DNA from: Bacteriovoracaceae bacterium
Lineage (GTDB): Bacteria > Bdellovibrionota > Bacteriovoracia > Bacteriovoracales > Bacteriovoracaceae
Length of the DNA: 22,080 nt
Assembly (NCBI GenBank): GCA_041586955.1
Contig: JBFGZE010000056.1
Span: forward strand, 1-22,080
Reading direction: 5' to 3'
This document shows positions 1-9,691 of the stretch, in pieces (the first letter of the stretch is position 1; each line of letters opens with the position of its first letter). A model generated the notes under the pieces. It searched no databases, was not told the origin of the DNA, and was given only the letters and a program-made list of their open reading frames with translations. A program made the position numbers and the translations under genes.

Positions 1-93
1 AATATCTTATGACAATGTCATGTCACCATTTTTAATTAGCTCAAAGAATGAAGATTATAGAGAGAAATATCTAATGACCCCTCTTCGATCACG

Positions 94-756
94 TTAGAAG
101 AAATCGAGAGTTTCAAAGTCGTCGTAATTCCATAAAAGAAGAAAAAGATAAGTTCTCATGTATTTATACACCTCCTTATAAAGAATTCTCGCATTGCGAA
201 ACTTTTTATAATCTGTTGGAACACCAGAAAAATAAAAATCATAATTATCACGAGATGTTGTGATGGTGTCTGTAATGAGCTTTATCCTTTTGAGGTGATA
301 GTCGTGAGATATAATTAAAACTTTTTGTAATTCTTTATTTTTTCGAAGGTGGGTTAATGTGGCAATAACATTTTCAAGAGTATTGCGAGCAAGGTAGTCT
401 ATTTCTAGTTGATTGGTATCAAAGTCCTGTTGAATTTTTAACGGGGTTAATAAGGTATCGACGCTATTTTTGGAATAGACGCCAGTAATAAGAATATTGG
501 GCTGCTTATATTTTTGTGCTGTTTTAAGAGCGTGAGGAATACGCCCTCGGTGACCAGTGAAAACGACAATAAGGTCAGGTGGGCGCATGTAAAAAAAGTC
601 GTCTGCGAGTTTATTTTGTTCATCAGCAAAGCGAACGAAGTGAAAACCTGCAACAAGATAGGCAATAGAAAGGACTACCAAGCCTATAGAAAGGTTGAGT
701 AATCGTCGCCTTTTTTTTGTTTTACGAGTTTCAAAAACGTATTTTTTAGTAAACAT
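94..756 (-). CDS. YdcF/DUF218 (ElyC/SanA-like) family protein with N-terminal membrane anchor
   Basis: 220 aa. N-terminal hydrophobic helix, then DUF218-type motifs DLIVVFTG, ILITG, ARNTLENV and LIISHDYHLKR. Starts 3 nt after the ridA stop. Confidence 0.8.
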   Translation of the reverse strand: MFTKKYVFETRKTKKRRRLLNLSIGLVVLSIAYLVAGFHFVRFADEQNKLADDFFYMRPPDLIVVFTGHRGRIPHALKTAQKYKQPNILITGVYSKNSVDTLLTPLKIQQDFDTNQLEIDYLARNTLENVIATLTHLRKNKELQKVLIISHDYHLKRIKLITDTITTSRDNYDFYFSGVPTDYKKFRNARILYKEVYKYMRTYLFLLLWNYDDFETLDFF

Positions 757-759
757 AAT

Positions 760-1140
760 TTAGCGGGCGGCCAAAACCTCTATTTCAATGAGAGCACCTT
801 TTGGCAATGCTGATACTTCAACACAGCTCCTGGCGGGATAAGGCGCTTTAAAATATTCTTCATAAGCGATATTCACTTCATTAAAATTGCCTAAGTCTGT
901 AAGAAAAATACTAGTTTTGACAATATTTTCGCGAGTTAGGTTTTGAGAGTCTAAAAGACCATCTATGTTTTTCATAATTTGTTGAGTTTGCTCTTGGAAT
1001 TGATCACTCATTTCCATCGTCTCGGGATTCAGACCAATTTGACCTGAGAAGTAGAAGACTCCATTTAGCTCAACGCCTTGTGAGTAAGTACCAACGGCCT
1101 GAGGTGCTTTCTCTGTGGCAATAATTTTTTTGTCGGTCAT
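760..1140 (-). CDS. ridA: RidA/YjgF/UK114 family reactive enamine/imine deaminase
   Basis: APQAVGTYSQG, SGQIG, YPARSCVEVSALPKG and IEIE motifs including the catalytic Arg. Start revised to ATG 1140 (126 aa): AAGGA/AGGA SD-like sequence upstream and no overlap with maeB. Confidence 0.92.
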   Translation of the reverse strand: MTDKKIIATEKAPQAVGTYSQGVELNGVFYFSGQIGLNPETMEMSDQFQEQTQQIMKNIDGLLDSQNLTRENIVKTSIFLTDLGNFNEVNIAYEEYFKAPYPARSCVEVSALPKGALIEIEVLAAR

Positions 1141-1144
1141 AATC

Positions 1145-3451
1145 CTATCCTTTGTGATTATAATAAATTGTTTCTTCCTCACATAGAAGAGCTGTTAGAT
1201 TGCACATATTGAGAATCTCTGTAATAGAAGCTGTTCTCTGTATAATATTAACGGTACTCGACATAGGCGTTAAAATAGGTCCGATAGCATTGGCATCGGC
1301 CAATTGGCTGAGAAGCTTGTAGCTAATATTGGCGGAGTTGAGGTCGGGAAAAATAAGCACATCAGCTTCCGCATCCAGACTATTAAAATTAAATAGATTG
1401 TCACGAATACGTTTGTTGACGGCCACATCCGCTTGCATTTCCCCATCGACAATCATTTCGGGGTAAAGCTCTTTAGTCATGGCCACAGCTTTTTTGATTT
1501 TTCGGGCTTCCGGATGGTTATTGGAGCCAAAATTAGAAAAACTTAAAAAGCTGATACGAGGCTCTTTATGCATAAGGTTGCGAAAAAGAGTGCGTGTATT
1601 GGCAGCAATCTCGACAAGGTCTTCAGAAGTCGGGTTAATTTGTGCTGTACAATCAGCAAAGAAAAGTGCGCGATTTTTAAATACTAGCATGTAAATACCA
1701 GCTGCTTTGCTATTTTCGCGTGTTCCGACAACTTTAATGATAGGGAGAAGGCAGTTGGCATAACTTAGGGTTGGACCGCTGATTAATGTGTCCGCTAGGC
1801 CTTTACGTACCATCATGGAGCCAAAATAATTCTCTTGCGCCATGAGATCTTCAGCATGTGATAATGAGACACCCTCGCGCTTTTTAAGTTTAGAAAACTC
1901 AAAATAAAATTCTTTAAAATGTTCCGATTCTTCAGGCGTAATTATTTCCAGCTCTTTTAATTCACTAAGACCTAAGGCCTCCATTTTTTTAAGAATTTTT
2001 TCCTTATGCCCAAGTAAAATAGGCTCAATGATATTTTCATCTTTTAAAACTTTAACCGCTTGAAGGATGCGCATATTGCTACCTTCGGCGAAAACCATTT
2101 TAATTTTACGCTTATTTTTTTTGATATGGGCCTTTAGGCGATCCTTAAATCCCTTCATCATAGAGGCCGTCGTGCCAAGTCTATTTTCAAGGTTATTGGC
2201 ATAATCATTTAAGTCTTCAATATTAATTCGCGCGACACCTGACTCAATCGCCGCCTTGGCGACCGCTGGAGTGACTCGAGAGAGAACACGAGAATCAAAT
2301 GGCTTAGGAATTAAATAATTTGAACCAAATGTGAATTCTTCATTATTATAAGCAAGCTTAACTTCATCAGGAACCTCTTCTTTGGCAAGAGAAGCAAGGG
2401 CGTGAACTGCTGCTAATTTCATTTCGATATTGATTTTTGTCGCTCGCACGTCAAGGGCCCCTCTGAAAATAAAGGGAAATCCTAGAACGTTATTTACTTG
2501 GTTAGGGTAGTCGCTGCGCCCAGTGGCCATAATAACATCATCTCGTACACTTTGGGCCTCTTCCGGTAGAATTTCCGGATCGGGATTGGCCATGGCAAAA
2601 ATAATGGGATTTTTGGCCATAGACTTAACCATTTCACCATTTAAAACCCCTCGGGCCGAACAACCAATAAAGCCATCGGCGTTTTTCATAGCATCGGCCA
2701 AGGTTCTATTTTTAGTGTTAACGGCAAATTCTTGTTTGTATTTATTCATTCCCGCTTCACGACCTTGATAAACAACGCCTTTGGAATCACACATGGTGAG
2801 ATTTTCTGGTTTGAGACCTAAGTCGATAAATAAGCGGGCACAGGCGATACTGGCCGCACCTGCGCCAGAGAAGACCACTTTAACTTGATCGATTTTTTTT
2901 CCGGCCACTTCGAGTGCATTAATAAAGGCCGCCGAGGCGATAATTGCCGTTCCATGTTGGTCATCATGAAAAACCGGAATATTCATTTGCTCAATTAATT
3001 GAGCTTCGATTTCAAAACATTCAGGGGCCTTAATATCTTCTAAATTGATACCACCAAAGGTTGGTTCAAGGGCCTTAACTGTGCGGACCATGCCATCGAT
3101 AGTATCTTCATTGACCTCTAGGTCGAAGACATCAATATCGGCAAATTTCTTAAAAAGAATCCCTTTACCTTCCATGACTGGCTTTCCTGCTAAGGGGCCA
3201 ATATTTCCTAGGCCAAGAACTGCACTACCATTTGAGATAACCCCAACGAGGTTTCCTTTTGCGGTGTATTTAAAAACGTTTTCAGGGTTTTCGGCAATTT
3301 CCAAGCAAGGAGCTGCGACTCCTGGCGAGTAGGCAAGAGATAATTCTTGTGATGTAAGAGTTGGTTTAGTTGCGATAACTTCAATTTTACCGGGACGTCC
3401 CTTCGAGTGATAATCGAGGGCCTTTTGATTCTTGTCAGTGATGTCTGTCAA
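1145..3451 (-). CDS. maeB: NADP-dependent malic enzyme, hybrid type with C-terminal phosphotransacetylase-like domain
   Basis: 768 aa with [34 protein letters not shown] and [29 protein letters not shown]-like domain has FAEG, DGEMQAD and [16 protein letters not shown] start with AGGAG 7 nt upstream. Confidence 0.96.
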   Translation of the reverse strand: MTDITDKNQKALDYHSKGRPGKIEVIATKPTLTSQELSLAYSPGVAAPCLEIAENPENVFKYTAKGNLVGVISNGSAVLGLGNIGPLAGKPVMEGKGILFKKFADIDVFDLEVNEDTIDGMVRTVKALEPTFGGINLEDIKAPECFEIEAQLIEQMNIPVFHDDQHGTAIIASAAFINALEVAGKKIDQVKVVFSGAGAASIACARLFIDLGLKPENLTMCDSKGVVYQGREAGMNKYKQEFAVNTKNRTLADAMKNADGFIGCSARGVLNGEMVKSMAKNPIIFAMANPDPEILPEEAQSVRDDVIMATGRSDYPNQVNNVLGFPFIFRGALDVRATKINIEMKLAAVHALASLAKEEVPDEVKLAYNNEEFTFGSNYLIPKPFDSRVLSRVTPAVAKAAIESGVARINIEDLNDYANNLENRLGTTASMMKGFKDRLKAHIKKNKRKIKMVFAEGSNMRILQAVKVLKDENIIEPILLGHKEKILKKMEALGLSELKELEIITPEESEHFKEFYFEFSKLKKREGVSLSHAEDLMAQENYFGSMMVRKGLADTLISGPTLSYANCLLPIIKVVGTRENSKAAGIYMLVFKNRALFFADCTAQINPTSEDLVEIAANTRTLFRNLMHKEPRISFLSFSNFGSNNHPEARKIKKAVAMTKELYPEMIVDGEMQADVAVNKRIRDNLFNFNSLDAEADVLIFPDLNSANISYKLLSQLADANAIGPILTPMSSTVNIIQRTASITEILNMCNLTALLCEEETIYYNHKG

Positions 3452-3526
3452 ATGACACTCCTGTTATGATTGATAAAGGCCAATAGGATAGCCTAAAGTC
3501 TCGGATATGCCTAATTTTAGAAGCGG

Positions 3527-4954
3527 TTAACTTTTTGCGTCATTGGGCGAAAAAATGTGGTAGAAAATGAGTCCAAAAAGAGTGCAAAAAATTCCAGCAT
3601 ATAAGTCATCGACGTTGGCAAAAAACCCTTGGTGATCAGTGTTGCGCCAATAGGACGTGCCAATAATCCCGAGCACACTGGCGAAAACAAATTGTTTATC
3701 CTTAATTTTTCCGGGAAATAAATGGCCGAGACAAACGGGTAGTAAAAGACAAGCTGCAGAATAAGAACCTAAGGTTTTCCATACAGTCTTGATTTTACCA
3801 TCAAAAGTTAAGGCCAGTAGCCAGGTGAAAAGACCTGAAAAGATGATACCCCATTTATATAGTTTTGTATTTTGACGGAATCTTTTGGGGAGCATATCAA
3901 AGCTGAGGGTACTTCCTGCTAGAAAGAGGTAAGAATCCATCGTGGAAAGGATGGTTGCAACAATACCGGCCAATAAAAAACCACGGAGCCCTGGCGGTAA
4001 AATTTGAACGCCGTATGTTAAATAGGCATTAGCAGATGAGGCATCGGGGATGACCGCCTTAGCGTACATGGCACCAAATGTGGTGCATAAATCAAATAAG
4101 ATCCAAATTACGGTGGAGCAGAGAATCCCTTTTTTCGCCGTTTGGGTGTTTTTTGCGGCAAAGCAACGCTGGTAAAAATTGGGGTCGACCAGGGTTGAAA
4201 GGGCAATAAATCCCCAAACTAAGGTACTTGCCCATGAATTTGTTCCAGTAAGAGTAAAATAGGAGTCAGGGAGCTTGGTTTTTAGAAATCCGATCCCACC
4301 AAAAGTACTCATAGAGAAGATAATGATTAATGCCACGGCGGAACACATAACAACAAATTGCACGATATCAGAATAAACAACTGCCCTAAAACCGCCAAAA
4401 ATTGAATAGGCGAGGATAAGTATAAGGCCTATGGCCATTGACAGCCAAAAAGGAACCGGCAAGAGCATTTGTAACAGAAGGCCAATACTAATGATATAGG
4501 CGATAGGTAATACGTTGAAAAAATTAAAAATACTGCTGAGGAATCCCGATTTGGGCCCAAACATTTTAGTAATAAGGTCAGGTAGAGTGAGGGCCTTAAA
4601 AGGCTCAATTTTATCGACCATCCATAGAGCAAAAATAATATAGGAGACATACCAGAAAAAACCTTGAGTGACGAAGTTAAAGATCCCCTGGTTAAAGGCG
4701 ATTTCCGTTACACCAAAAATTCCGCCATACCACGTTGCAACCAGAGTGGCGGTGAAGAGAGGAAGAGTTAATCGACGGCCCATCAGGAGAATTTCCAGCC
4801 AATTGGTGTAATCTCCTTTGTTATCTTGCTTTGTCTTGAGTTGGTTGCCCCATAAAACGCAGAGATAGGTAAGAAGGAGAATAAAAAGGAAAACTCCCCA
4901 GTCTAGGGGGGTTAATAAATTGGCTAATTCAATCTCAGGTTGAATGGTTTTCAT
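3527..4954 (-). CDS. Sodium:solute symporter (SSS) family transporter, probable thiamine or thiamine-precursor uptake (ThiV-like)
   Basis: Multi-TM protein with SSS motifs ATLVATWYGG, YSIFGGFRAVVYSDIVQF, YQRCFAAK and AGIVATILSTMDS. Start revised to ATG 4954 (475 aa) with GGAAGGA SD. Substrate inferred from the upstream TPP riboswitch. Confidence 0.88.
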   Translation of the reverse strand: MKTIQPEIELANLLTPLDWGVFLFILLLTYLCVLWGNQLKTKQDNKGDYTNWLEILLMGRRLTLPLFTATLVATWYGGIFGVTEIAFNQGIFNFVTQGFFWYVSYIIFALWMVDKIEPFKALTLPDLITKMFGPKSGFLSSIFNFFNVLPIAYIISIGLLLQMLLPVPFWLSMAIGLILILAYSIFGGFRAVVYSDIVQFVVMCSAVALIIIFSMSTFGGIGFLKTKLPDSYFTLTGTNSWASTLVWGFIALSTLVDPNFYQRCFAAKNTQTAKKGILCSTVIWILFDLCTTFGAMYAKAVIPDASSANAYLTYGVQILPPGLRGFLLAGIVATILSTMDSYLFLAGSTLSFDMLPKRFRQNTKLYKWGIIFSGLFTWLLALTFDGKIKTVWKTLGSYSAACLLLPVCLGHLFPGKIKDKQFVFASVLGIIGTSYWRNTDHQGFFANVDDLYAGIFCTLFGLIFYHIFSPNDAKS

Positions 4955-4955
4955 G

Positions 4956-5043
4956 GCGTATCCTTCCGGCGGTATTATCCACATCAAGTTATAGGGTCGT
5001 TCCAAGTACTTGAAACCTCTCAGCAGGATTGCTCCCCTAACGC
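4956..5043 (-). ncRNA. TPP (thiamine pyrophosphate) riboswitch
   Basis: Minus strand reads GCGUU-AGGGGAGCAAUCCUGCUGAGAG-GUUUCAAGUACUUGGAAC-GACCCUAUAACUUGAU-GUGGAUAAUACCGC-CGGAAGGAUACGC. It has the conserved GGGG..GCUGAGA, ACCC, UGAU and GGAUAAU elements. Pairings: P1 GCGU/ACGC, P2 AGGG/CCCU, P3 AGCA/UGCU, an extra hairpin, P4 CUU/AAG (compensatory versus canonical CCU/AGG) and P5 GUGG/CCGC. Confidence 0.93.
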
Positions 5044-5148
5044 TAGGCGCCCAATGTAAGCATAAAAATGCTATATGAAAAGGTGTTTATAAATCTTTTA
5101 CTGTTGTATACTCTCTTTGTTTCAAACGGAGACTAGGGAGAGTCTGGG

Positions 5149-6078
5149 ATGGGCCTTGCTCAATTGAGATATATTCTTGCCGTTGATAAATTTCGCCACT
5201 TTCATAAGGCCGCCGAATCTTGCCATGTGACTCAACCGACATTGAGCATGCAAATTGCCAAATTTGAGCGTAGTTTAAATATAATGATTTTTGATCGCAG
5301 TAAGAGCCCCATTTTACCAACGGAAATGGGGATGCGGCTCATTGATCAGGCGCGAGTTATCCTACGTGAGTATGACCGTCTTCATCAAATCATTCAGGAT
5401 AAAAATAACGCTATGGTGGGGACATTCCGCCTTGGAGTTATTCCGACGCTATCTCCCTATCTCATCCCCTCTTTCCTCAAGCATTTTCAAAACCAATTCC
5501 CTGAAGTCGAATTATTTGTAGAGGAAATGAAAACAGAACAAATGATAGAGGAGTTAGAGAAAGATCGAATTGATGGAGGTCTTTTGGTGACTCCTCTTTA
5601 TCGGGACTCTCTCATTGAAAGAGTCATTGGCCATGAAGATTTTGTCATTTACATCCACCCTGAGCATCGCTTGGCACAGAAAAAACAAATTTCTGCTTTG
5701 GCCTTACAAAATGAGGACTTGTGGATTTTAAAGGACGGCCATTGTTTTCGTAACCAAGTTCTCAATTTATGCCAACTAGATAAAAAAAGCAGTGGTTTTC
5801 ATTTTGAAAGCGGAAATATTGAAACATTAAAAAAGCTTGTTCAGCAAAATGGTGGCGTGACCATTATTCCAAGGTCTGCCATTATGCCTAATTATGATAG
5901 AGAATTTATTAAAGAGTTTAAAGGGAAGATACCAGCGCGAGAGATTTCATTAGTTCATCATCGCCCTTTTTTAAAAGAAAAAATTATTGAAGAGTTGGAA
6001 GCTTTAATAATCACTAACCTGCCTGAAGCAATTTCATCTCACAAGAGCAAAAAATTCTCTATTATTGATATTACTTAA
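5149..6078 (+). CDS. oxyR: LysR-family hydrogen peroxide sensor OxyR
   Basis: LysR HTH (HFHKAAESCHVTQPTLSMQI), LGVIPTLSPYL, and the redox-active cysteine pair in GHCFRNQVLNLC (C199/C208 equivalents). Confidence 0.88.
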   Translation: MGLAQLRYILAVDKFRHFHKAAESCHVTQPTLSMQIAKFERSLNIMIFDRSKSPILPTEMGMRLIDQARVILREYDRLHQIIQDKNNAMVGTFRLGVIPTLSPYLIPSFLKHFQNQFPEVELFVEEMKTEQMIEELEKDRIDGGLLVTPLYRDSLIERVIGHEDFVIYIHPEHRLAQKKQISALALQNEDLWILKDGHCFRNQVLNLCQLDKKSSGFHFESGNIETLKKLVQQNGGVTIIPRSAIMPNYDREFIKEFKGKIPAREISLVHHRPFLKEKIIEELEALIITNLPEAISSHKSKKFSIIDIT

Positions 6079-6275
6079 AGAGATTGATGTCATTTTGATC
6101 CTAGTCTGTCTTAAGTATTTAATAATGTGTCCGTTTAATTTGATAGGAATTGTTGGCCTTTAAGGCTGTCTTTAAGTCACTTCTTTTCGATATAGTGAAA
6201 GAGATTTAAGAATGCCGATGAAAGGTTGAATATCCCTTAGAAATTGGCCGGACCCTTAAATGATCAGGAGTATTT

Positions 6276-7763
6276 ATGGAAAAGAATACGCATAATTATG
6301 GAAGATTTAAAGTTCTGATTTTTATTTTTCTAATGTTAAATTTAAGTTGTAGCAAAGAGGCCGATGATAGCAATACAAAGACTATTTCGGGCTCAGTTAT
6401 TATTGGAACAAAAGACTGGCAAAGTATCGTTGATGCAGATTTAAATGCCGAGCAAGATTATAATGCAAAGGCCGTTGCGGATATTAGAATTCCGGTTATG
6501 CGAACACGGTGTACTGGATTTTTAATCAGTAAAAACATTCTTATGACTAATAATCATTGCATCCCTAGTCCTCGTTACGCCAAAGGTGTGACAGCAATCT
6601 TTAATCATGTCAAAGGTGTCCCTAAGGAGGAGTACCGCCGCTACGATTGCTCAGAATTTATTCACACTGATAGAACTCTCGATTTTTCTCTTCTTAGATG
6701 TCAGGAATCACCGGGGCTCGACTTTGGTTTTGTTCAACTTGATTCTACGGATTATAGTCCGGGAGATAGTATTTATGTGATCCATCAAAACTGTGACTAT
6801 TACACTAACCGTCGATGTGACTTTCATAAAAAAATATCTTTTGGTAAATTAGTGAGAAAAGATAGAGACTTTATTCATAATGCTGATACTTTGGGGGGGT
6901 CCTCTGGGAGTCCTGTGTTTCATGGTGATAGCCATAAGGTGATGGCCATCCATCATGCGGGACGTGGAAATATTGGACGCGGACGTGGTTATGAAAATTT
7001 GGCGGTTCCAATGTCCCTTATTATGAATGTTGTTAATAATTTATACCCCGAAATCTTAAGCGAGGAACCGTCAGATGTCAGCAATGGTGATAATAATAGA
7101 GGCGACGTTAGGGTTAAAGGACCAGGGCATGATTTTAAATCGGCATTAAAGATTCAGTCATTTCCCTTTCAACTGAAAGCGGGGCTTAAATCAAATATTA
7201 AAGATTATTTTGAATTGGTCGCACAGACTGGAGCAGAGGTAAAAATTACCTTTTCTCACGCTGATGGTGATTTGGATTTGGCGATTTATGATGAGGCCGG
7301 AAAGTTGGTGGCGAAGAGTGAGACACTACAAGATAAAGAGGTGATCACTATGCCCCGTGGAGGCCATTATTTTGCCGTCGTCTATGGTTATGCGGGGGCC
7401 TCAAATGATTATGAATTATTGGTTACAAAAAATCGTAATGACATTAATAATACCACTTTAAAAAACGCTCTGCCTTTAAAAAAGGGGAAACTTGTCCTCG
7501 GGAAAATCAATGCTGTAGGCGAAAAAAGATTTTACTCCTTTACAGTCGATGAGGAACTGCGACTAGGGATTAAATTAGATTTTAAGCACAATGAGGGCGA
7601 CCTTGATTTATTTGTTATTGATGATAGGGGCAGTATTATTGCCAAAAGTGAAGGATATACTGATCAAGAAATGATTTCGACCATTTTCCAGAAGGGGGAA
7701 TACGACGTCATCGTAAAAGGTTATGAAGAGGGCATTGGGAAGTTTACTCTTGAGCTTTATTAA
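6276..7763 (+). CDS. Trypsin-like (S1) serine protease with two C-terminal PPC domains; probable lipoprotein
   Basis: Catalytic triad contexts TNNHC, LDFSLL and GGSSGSPV. Lipobox-like LNLSC after a hydrophobic stretch. Two repeated PPC units (GDLDL..D..G...AKSE). AGGAG SD. Confidence 0.85.
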   Translation: MEKNTHNYGRFKVLIFIFLMLNLSCSKEADDSNTKTISGSVIIGTKDWQSIVDADLNAEQDYNAKAVADIRIPVMRTRCTGFLISKNILMTNNHCIPSPRYAKGVTAIFNHVKGVPKEEYRRYDCSEFIHTDRTLDFSLLRCQESPGLDFGFVQLDSTDYSPGDSIYVIHQNCDYYTNRRCDFHKKISFGKLVRKDRDFIHNADTLGGSSGSPVFHGDSHKVMAIHHAGRGNIGRGRGYENLAVPMSLIMNVVNNLYPEILSEEPSDVSNGDNNRGDVRVKGPGHDFKSALKIQSFPFQLKAGLKSNIKDYFELVAQTGAEVKITFSHADGDLDLAIYDEAGKLVAKSETLQDKEVITMPRGGHYFAVVYGYAGASNDYELLVTKNRNDINNTTLKNALPLKKGKLVLGKINAVGEKRFYSFTVDEELRLGIKLDFKHNEGDLDLFVIDDRGSIIAKSEGYTDQEMISTIFQKGEYDVIVKGYEEGIGKFTLELY

Positions 7764-7770
7764 CGAATTT

Positions 7771-8745
7771 TTAAAAGGGAGTGCTAAGAAACTGAGCACT
7801 CCTTTTTTCTGTCCAAAAGGAAATTCCTTTTCCAAATTGCATAAACCCTAGATGACCACCTGTTTCTGTTATTTCCAGAAGTAGGGAATGATTTTCTTTT
7901 GCAGCTTGAATGGGGAAAGAGTTTTTACGCAAAAAAGGATCATCTTTGGCATTTATAATAAGAGTGGGGGTGGTGATTTGATGAAGAACATTATTGCTAC
8001 TGGCCTTGTGGTAATAATCTGCAGCATTTCGATACCCAAATAGAGGCGCAGTCACTAAATCGTCAAACTCTTTAAATGTTTTAACTTTCGGCAATTCGTT
8101 AAAATCAATTTCTGGAAGTGGAATCGTATGGGCTTTTTGAATGATTTTTTGTTTCATTGTTCGCAAAAAATTAGCGGTATAAATCTTCCCCATTGGAGTA
8201 TCAGTTAGGGCCTCTACCGACGATTTAATACAACTAGGGCATGATATGGCAATACCCTTTTCAATACGATTGACATGCTTTTCTTTTTTTTCACCGAGAT
8301 ACATAAGTGTTATATTGGCGCCAATGCTAAATCCCATAAGGGAAACATGCTTATATTTCAGATTATTTAAGGCAAAGTCGACAACTGTATCTAAATCTTG
8401 GGTGGCGGCCGCATGGTAAAATTTTTTTGTTCGATTCATTTCTCCACTGCAACTTCTCATATTCCATGCAATGACATCATATCCCTGAGCGCGAAGCCAT
8501 TGGGCCATGCCTTTCATATAAGAGGTATTACTCGAGCCCTCTAGTCCATGTGTGAGGATAACAACATGATTGGATCCCGCCTGGTAGAGGTCTAGGTCAA
8601 GAAAATCATCATCAGGAGTGTCGATACGAATCATCTGATCTTTATAATCAGGAAGCTTGCGAAATAGGTAGGGAGTGATTGTTTGAAAATGCCTATTACT
8701 TAAAATAGGGATATTTTGAAAACAAATCTTAGTTGCTGATGACAT
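7771..8745 (-). CDS. YheT-like alpha/beta-fold hydrolase
   Basis: HFQTI, HGLEGSS, RSCSGE, nucleophile elbow GFSIG, AKDDPF and GGHLGF. GAGGAG SD. Confidence 0.88.
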   Translation of the reverse strand: MSSATKICFQNIPILSNRHFQTITPYLFRKLPDYKDQMIRIDTPDDDFLDLDLYQAGSNHVVILTHGLEGSSNTSYMKGMAQWLRAQGYDVIAWNMRSCSGEMNRTKKFYHAAATQDLDTVVDFALNNLKYKHVSLMGFSIGANITLMYLGEKKEKHVNRIEKGIAISCPSCIKSSVEALTDTPMGKIYTANFLRTMKQKIIQKAHTIPLPEIDFNELPKVKTFKEFDDLVTAPLFGYRNAADYYHKASSNNVLHQITTPTLIINAKDDPFLRKNSFPIQAAKENHSLLLEITETGGHLGFMQFGKGISFWTEKRSAQFLSTPF

Positions 8746-8911
8746 TCGTTCTCCTCGTTTTTCGACTCACTTTAATTATGAGCGCAAATTGAATGATGGA
8801 AAAGCATTATTATAGATGATAAGATCTTTTATAGCTGATAGTGCGCCGAACAATCTCAAATATTTTTTATAAATCAATTGGTTTAGAAATAAGAGAAGTT
8901 TATTTAATAAA

Positions 8912-9691
8912 TTAAGGAGCGAACCAACAACGTGGGCGTGCCCCTTTAGGAAAATAAATGGTGTCGTAAGGATTTCTGGAGCAAGTTCCATTATGGAGCT
9001 CATAGAGGTCTAATTCACTATCAGGGTTACTTGGGCAAACTGCGCCGGCCAAAAAAGTATCAAGGCGGCATTGGGCGTTTGGATGGCTTCCTTTAGTGTA
9101 GGTCACACGGCGAGGATCTTTCTTGTCCAAATAGAGTTTGCTTTCGGGATAAATTATTTTGAGGGTTTCAAAGGATTCATAAACGATCCTTATGCATTGG
9201 TTTGTGCGACAACCTCGATTCTTAATTATTTTTTGAATCTTTGAGGGAATCTTGGCAACGGCCTTTCTATTTAGGGCAGGATTACTATAGAGTCGTTTGA
9301 GGCATTTTGTTGCAGCGAAATAATCTGATTGACCTTCAATAGATGTTTCAAAAGGAAAACCTGGTTTCTGCTTACGTAACGGTGTGCCACCTAGAATATG
9401 GCCAAATTCATGGCAAATAATATTGCGGATATGGGAGGCCTTAATTGAAGGCCGCTGGATAAGTGCCCTAGACAATAGGAGCACGGCCTTTTTAAAAGGA
9501 TAAACGGACGCTATTTTTTCTTCGTCTACGACTTTTAATCGGATTGTTTTATTAAGTTGCTGAAGGTCTCTCTTATGTTGAGCTAAAATGGCCCGAAAAA
9601 CCTTATGGGCCTGCTCTTCACTGATTTCAGCACTTACTGGTTTAAGCGAGAGTATCAGAAATGATAAAAAAGAGAGAAGGCCAATTTTCAT
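8912..9691 (-). CDS. Secreted HExxH zinc-metallopeptidase-like protein (M48-like motif order), cysteine-rich
   Basis: Sec signal peptide (..PVSA/E), CHEFGH, downstream EGQSDYFA and SHPNAQCR, several cysteines, C-terminal RPRCWF. Confidence 0.65.
   Translation of the reverse strand: MKIGLLSFLSFLILSLKPVSAEISEEQAHKVFRAILAQHKRDLQQLNKTIRLKVVDEEKIASVYPFKKAVLLLSRALIQRPSIKASHIRNIICHEFGHILGGTPLRKQKPGFPFETSIEGQSDYFAATKCLKRLYSNPALNRKAVAKIPSKIQKIIKNRGCRTNQCIRIVYESFETLKIIYPESKLYLDKKDPRRVTYTKGSHPNAQCRLDTFLAGAVCPSNPDSELDLYELHNGTCSRNPYDTIYFPKGARPRCWFAP

Noticed and set aside
4955..5005. ORF-track N-terminal extension of the symporter (TTG start at 5005)
   Set aside because: It lies inside the TPP aptamer; ATG 4954 has a properly spaced SD.
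6195..6221. Sigma28 (FliA)-like promoter GCCGATGA upstream of the protease
   Set aside because: The -10 resembles GCCGATAA but no TAAAG lies at the proper spacing.
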